Both the position numbers and the translations under genes were made by a program. This document shows, in pieces, positions 29,428 through 29,712 of a DNA stretch of 29,712 bases. Under the pieces are notes generated by a model, which was not told the DNA's origin, searched no databases, and saw only the letters and a program-made list of their open reading frames with translations. The stretch's first letter is position 1, and each line of letters opens with the position of its first letter. The stretch lies in assembly GCA_001179505.1 (NCBI GenBank), contig CDMY01000693.1:1-29712 (forward strand), read 5' to 3'. The stretch comes from Vitrella brassicaformis CCMP3155 (taxonomy: Eukaryota; Protista; Chromerida).

Positions 29428-29712
29428 GAATTGTGTCAGGTTTGCCAGCTTGGCAAGACGAACCACTGCGAGCTTGTGAGCTAGGGTAGATTGCTGTGTA
29501 ACGGAGAGAGAGAGGAGAAGACAAGGAAAGACAAGGAAAGCATTCTGAGGAGACACGATCTTATCAGCCATCACCGAAGTGAGATTTGTGTTGACCACCC
29601 TTCATGATGCCATACATGGACAGAAACAACTTTGACTGATTGGCCAGTCCATCGGTCTTATTAAAGTAAAAGCACTCTTACTCTGGGACTTACCGCCCAG
29701 CAGATCCTCTAT

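Noticed and set aside
354-29712. Most ORF-track entries, including those running through N gaps and Cys/Val- or His/Thr-rich ORFs
   Set aside because: They are translations of (GT)n/(CA)n intron microsatellites, antisense shadows of real exons, or N-run read-through.

Overview
This is a GC-rich, intron-dense eukaryotic draft scaffold with six placeholder gaps of exactly 300 N. Microsatellite-filled short introns, secondary-plastid-type presequences and an apicomplexan-style Cpn20 suggest a chromerid such as Vitrella brassicaformis (inference). Bases 1-6.8 kb are an unstable accessory zone: a hairpin-rich AGCTTTCC repeat array, a short partly duplicated gene, a frameshifted F-box-like locus, and a nested tandem duplication whose copies carry different disabling mutations. 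From 8 kb on I could build phase-consistent spliced models by hand for: an uncharacterised 11-exon gene; a plastid-type NhaD Na+/H+ antiporter head-to-head with an HVA22/Yop1 gene; a KEA/KefC-type K+/H+ antiporter with a KTN domain; a low-complexity protein head-to-head with an ACOT13/PaaI-like hotdog protein; and plastid Cpn20. Most notable observations: (i) the KEA has Ala at the position of the KefC regulatory-loop Asp264; (ii) the hotdog protein lacks both canonical catalytic residues; (iii) many introns have CA-rich 5' and GT-rich 3' halves that could base-pair; (iv) three plastid presequences share a displaced [AG][FY][VL] motif; (v) two plastid cation/H+ antiporters are neighbours. I found no rRNA, tRNA, CRISPR array or intact transposase, and nothing I can demonstrate to be a new multi-gene system. 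Most ORF-track entries are intron or microsatellite noise.
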